Below, one piece after another: positions 63,252-64,000 of a DNA stretch of 64,000 bases (position 1 is its first letter; each line of letters opens with the position of its first letter). The DNA is from Gammaproteobacteria bacterium (GTDB taxonomy: Bacteria > Pseudomonadota > Gammaproteobacteria > Ga0077536). The stretch is taken from NCBI GenBank assembly GCA_963662545.2, contig CAXXLL010000002.1, forward strand, positions 640,001 to 704,000, in the 5' to 3' direction. Both the position numbers and the translations under genes were made by a program. A model generated the notes under the pieces. The model searched no databases. It had not been told where the DNA came from and saw nothing but the letters and a program-made list of their open reading frames with translations.

Positions 63252-64000
63252 TCAATCTGGCTTCTGTCTACTGTCCGGGATAACGTCGCCATTCGGCGTC
63301 ATACCCTTTAGAAATTTGAAGAGGTCACTGTCCGTGGAAAGGACCAGGGTCGTGTTCTCCGCGATGATGGACTTGTAGGACTGCATGGTCCGCGTGAATT
63401 CATAGAACGCCACCGCCTCAGGGCTCTGGTTGTAAGCCCGCGCGTAGATTTCGGTGGCTTTCGCGTCCGCCATGCCGCGGATCTCCTCGACCTGCCGGTA
63501 TGCTTCAGACTGGATCTTGTTCAGGTCACGCACACGATTGCCGCGGATTCTGGCGGCCTCGCCATGACCTTCCGAGAGGAAGCGTTCCGCGATCTGGCGC
63601 CGCTCACTGATCATTCGATCGTAGATTTTCGGGCGCACACTTTCGTTGTAGTTGATTCGCTTGAACCGAATATCGAGCAATTCGATACCGAACACGCGAA
63701 CCTTCTCGGCAGCCGATTCAAAGATCTCCTGCTCGACGAGTTTGCGTCCCTTGTGGATCGGCACCAGTGATCCCATGTCCAGCTCCTTTTCCGCGTCGGT
63801 CAGGAGGGCGTCGCGCAGCGGCACGCGGTCTTTGGTGGTACGGATGATCTCGATCAGCTCATGCTTGGCGACAGCGTTACGCGTCTCGCTGCCCAGAATA
63901 TCGTCCAAGCGGGACTGCGCACTGCGTTCATCGCGCAAGCGCAGAAAGTACTGGAGAGGATCGGTAATTCGCCAGCGGGCGAAGAGATCGACCGAGATAT
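63252..64000 (-). CDS. hflC: Protease modulator HflC (SPFH), 5' end outside the window
   Basis: RWRITDPL, KRINY, RMISERRQIA, FYEFTRTM and STDSDLFK motifs. Confidence 0.88.
   Translation of the reverse strand, partial: ISVDLFARWRITDPLQYFLRLRDERSAQSRLDDILGSETRNAVAKHELIEIIRTTKDRVPLRDALLTDAEKELDMGSLVPIHKGRKLVEQEIFESAAEKVRVFGIELLDIRFKRINYNESVRPKIYDRMISERRQIAERFLSEGHGEAARIRGNRVRDLNKIQSEAYRQVEEIRGMADAKATEIYARAYNQSPEAVAFYEFTRTMQSYKSIIAENTTLVLSTDSDLFKFLKGMTPNGDVIPDSRQKPD

Overview
The window has two parts. Roughly 1-14.3 kb holds an IS1595-family transposase and a coherent TetR-regulated catabolic cluster: hydantoinase/oxoprolinase A+B, a class III aminotransferase, a cupin, an OYE-type flavoprotein, an LLM monooxygenase, an FAD oxidoreductase and GNATs. 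Roughly 15.8-63.2 kb is a mosaic punctuated by about 20 co-oriented copies of an unannotated ~140-bp repeat made of three small hairpin-like modules. The spacing from GGGTC (module 1) to the module-3 core (GGCC or a variant) is exactly 118 bp in all 14 measurable copies despite strong sequence divergence. Between copies lie unrelated cargo genes in both orientations (fccAB, PVA-dehydrogenase-like PQQ enzyme, BVMO, MFS, methyltransferase, BBE oxidase, GFA, antiporter, lytic transglycosylase). There are also truncated housekeeping-gene fragments, some of which end exactly at a repeat (fumarase, trans-sulfuration enzyme). Four IS1182 elements and six 159-160-bp MITEs sit inside these repeats, at GGTC or GGCC with 4-bp duplications. 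IS3 ends, ISCR/IS91 rolling-circle transposase remnants and a RAYT-like remnant abut them. The best candidate for a new system is an integrase-less, repeat-delimited gene-capture array, possibly HUH-transposase driven, that is parasitised by site-specific ISs. No intI, cas, rRNA or complete tRNA gene was seen. All product calls come from motif recognition by eye, not database searches.
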